NCBI GenBank assembly: GCA_951406725.2 | Contig: OX597827.1 | Span: 74,834,001-74,898,000 of the forward strand | Direction: 5' to 3' | Length of the DNA stretch: 64,000 bases | Source of the DNA: Octopus vulgaris | Taxonomy: Eukaryota | Shown here: positions 63,568 through 64,000 of the stretch, in pieces | Numbering within the stretch: the stretch's first letter is position 1 | How the letters are laid out: each line of letters begins with the position of its first letter | Program-made: the position numbers and the translations under genes | The notes under the pieces: generated by a model | Database searches by the model: none | What the model saw: only the letters and a program-made list of their open reading frames with translations | Told to the model about the DNA's origin: nothing

Positions 63568-64000
63568 CTGAAAAAAACCCCAGAAGAAACACGTTTTAAC
63601 TTACGAATTTATTGTTGCCTTTTAAATATCAGTAACATAATATTACTGGCATCATAGTCGACACCAACTGAAGACAGAAACATATTCTTTTGCAAATTTC
63701 ACAGAGTTTTCCTGAAGCTTCCAGATGGTTTGTTTCGTTCACAAGTCTTGAATCAAACCAGGACTTTCACAGAAGATATTTGCCAAACTTTCTTTGCATC
63801 AAAACCGAACCTTAAACAGGCTAAACTAGCTTCTTAATAAATTAACCAACCCAAAACTAAAAATGTATAAGACAGACGACTATTTCAAGCAATTAGTTAG
63901 ATGTCTTCAGGCACACAATCTTCTGCCATCTCCCTCCTTAGTACACACTGTGCGACTCTTGCGTACTTTGTTATCTTCCCTGTTAGCACACATTCTTCGC

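Overview
Eukaryotic genomic DNA that is AT-rich and dense in microsatellites and transposons; the repeat landscape looks cephalopod/octopus-like (inference). The window lies inside one large minus-strand gene that the ORF track mostly misses. I reconstructed ten phase-compatible GT-AG exons by hand. They encode three Cys-rich EGF/laminin-EGF-like modules, a transmembrane helix, a giant 3.8-kb exon giving about 1,270 aa of K/E/R-rich tandem repeats, a pre-phosphatase exon, and the first four exons of a classical protein-tyrosine-phosphatase (PTP) domain. The product is an EGF-repeat receptor-type PTP with a huge repetitive cytoplasmic spacer and altered substrate-recognition motifs (KNRD instead of KNRY). 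The gene continues beyond both window edges. The introns contain a decayed ~1-kb 28S rRNA fragment, an RTE/BovB-like LINE, several (TAA)n-associated R4/Dong-like LINEs, L1/Tx1 and CR1-like fragments, Penelope fragments with hammerhead ribozyme motifs (one near-perfect), a DD37D maT transposon, non-autonomous Helitrons, tRNA-type SINEs, and an unexplained ~530-bp (TAA)n-flanked repeat present in six full or partial copies.
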